Assembly: GCA_040384565.1 (NCBI GenBank)
Contig: JAZKJC010000023.1
Location: 1,481 to 65,480, forward strand
Reading direction: 5' to 3'
From: Patescibacteria group bacterium
Lineage (GTDB): Bacteria; Patescibacteriota; Saccharimonadia; Saccharimonadales; JAZKJC01
DNA: 64,000 bases
Each line of letters starts with the position of its first letter. Positions within the stretch are counted from its first letter, which is position 1. The translations under genes were made by a program, and so were the position numbers. A model generated the notes under the pieces. It worked only from the letters and a program-made list of their open reading frames with translations. It searched no databases and had not been told where the DNA came from. This document shows, piece by piece, positions 63,046 to 64,000 of this stretch.

Positions 63046-63423
63046 GTGCGGTACAATTGGCTTATGAAAGGACACTCATTTCGGGATATTATTGCGTGGC
63101 AAAAAGCGCATAGCCTTTGTGTCGATATTTATAAAATTTTAGCCAGTAATAAAGATTTTTCTTACAGGGATCAAATACAGCGTGCGGCTGTATCCATAAT
63201 GAATAATATTGCCGAAGGACATTCCAGAAGGAGCGACAAATCGTTCCGAAACCTTCTGCTCATAGCTAAGGGTTCGGCCGCAGAAGTTGAATCTATGCTT
63301 GAACTTGGGAAAAGCTTGGGGTACTTCACCTCAATTCAACACGAAGACCTCACCCAAAGAGTTGACGAAATTTCTCGTCTAATAACTGGCCTGGTTAAAT
63401 TCCTAGAAACCCGCCAGCCCTAG
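63046..63423 (+). CDS. Four-helix-bundle protein (23S rRNA IVS protein / Avd-like family)
   Basis: 125 aa; FRDIIAWQKAHSL, IMNNIAEGHSRRSDKSF, AKGSAAEVESML. Flanked by TGAGAGGTGAG (63009-63019) and CTCATCTCTCA (63442-63452). Confidence 0.85.
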   Translation: MRYNWLMKGHSFRDIIAWQKAHSLCVDIYKILASNKDFSYRDQIQRAAVSIMNNIAEGHSRRSDKSFRNLLLIAKGSAAEVESMLELGKSLGYFTSIQHEDLTQRVDEISRLITGLVKFLETRQP

Positions 63424-63457
63424 TTTTTTCATCTCTCACAACTCATCTCTCATGGCT

Positions 63458-63973
63458 CTATCGGAGCGATATAACTACTTCGTCATCCGGGGGTTTTTTG
63501 TTGTTTCGTTCCGCTTCTCTGGCTATCGTTGACACGTTCAGATCATCCCTGGCTGCTAGGCTCAGTAGAGCTGGGTCTACCGGTTTAGTGGCCTCAGCTG
63601 GTGGTTGGTGTTTGTCTGCTGAGCTTTTAGGCTTATGTTTTTTGTTTTGCCCGGTGTCTCGAGTCTTGCTGCCGTGTGGATCAACTACCCGCATGTGGCC
63701 GTAGGCAGGGTTCGGTCGCGCTTTGTCTTTATGTATTTGCTCCAAAAGTGCCTCTTCGGCTGCTCCTGTGTCTTGGGGGATGGTAGCAGGAGTTGTACCT
63801 GGCAGTACTGTCTGGGATTGCGAGAAAGTCGCATAACCTGGGGGGGTCAGTGCAGGGTCTGGTTGGTTCATGAACCAGTAATCGTCTTGAGGGGCTTGCG
63901 ATTGCTGCCCGCCGCTGCCCTGTGCCGCCGCGACAGCCGACTGGCGGTGCGCCTGCTCCGCCTGATTAATCAT
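63458..63973 (-). CDS. Low-complexity (Pro/Gln/Lys-rich) hypothetical protein
   Basis: 171 aa, predicted disordered; same strand as the T4SS-like genes; weak coding evidence. Confidence 0.35.
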   Translation of the reverse strand: MINQAEQAHRQSAVAAAQGSGGQQSQAPQDDYWFMNQPDPALTPPGYATFSQSQTVLPGTTPATIPQDTGAAEEALLEQIHKDKARPNPAYGHMRVVDPHGSKTRDTGQNKKHKPKSSADKHQPPAEATKPVDPALLSLAARDDLNVSTIAREAERNNKKPPDDEVVISLR

Positions 63974-64000
63974 TGTGTCTAGGTGTTGGGCAGTAGGGTT

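Overview
This window looks like the replication-origin region of a small, streamlined genome. My inference from gene content alone is CPR/Patescibacteria, possibly Saccharibacteria-like; no search was run.

**Core block (44.6-51.6 kb):** jag-yidC-rnpA-rpmH on the minus strand, diverging from dnaA-dnaN-recF on the plus strand. DnaA-box-like 9-mers lie both upstream of dnaA and in the dnaA-dnaN spacer.

**Left of the origin (about 1.7-37.5 kb):** a large cell-envelope glycan region. It holds a GDP-mannose to GDP-6-deoxyhexose supply (PMM-like, manC, gmd, SDR reductase), many GT2/GT4 glycosyltransferases, GtrA-like proteins, two FkbM methyltransferases, a Wzm/Wzt ABC exporter and an O-antigen-ligase-like protein. 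Secreted proteins are interleaved: an amidase and others with Ig-like repeats, two tandem FG-GAP proteins with a 42-aa repeat, pilin-like proteins and a 996-aa SGNH-hydrolase surface protein.

**Right of the origin (51.6-64 kb):** a VirB4-centred type-IV-secretion-like cluster on the minus strand, mixed with toxin-antitoxin pairs and an IS element.

**Most unusual signal:** a dense family of four-helix-bundle (23S-rRNA-IVS-protein / Avd-like) gene cassettes.
- There are 5 genes and 4-5 remnants in 64 kb.
- Each is closed by its own low-complexity inverted repeats.
- Some carry ORF-less 160-175 bp hairpins instead of a gene.
- Two have PIN toxin-antitoxin modules bracketed by duplicated cassette flanks.

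All protein calls rest on motif recognition by eye in the supplied translations. No database search, alignment statistic or RNA folding program was run.
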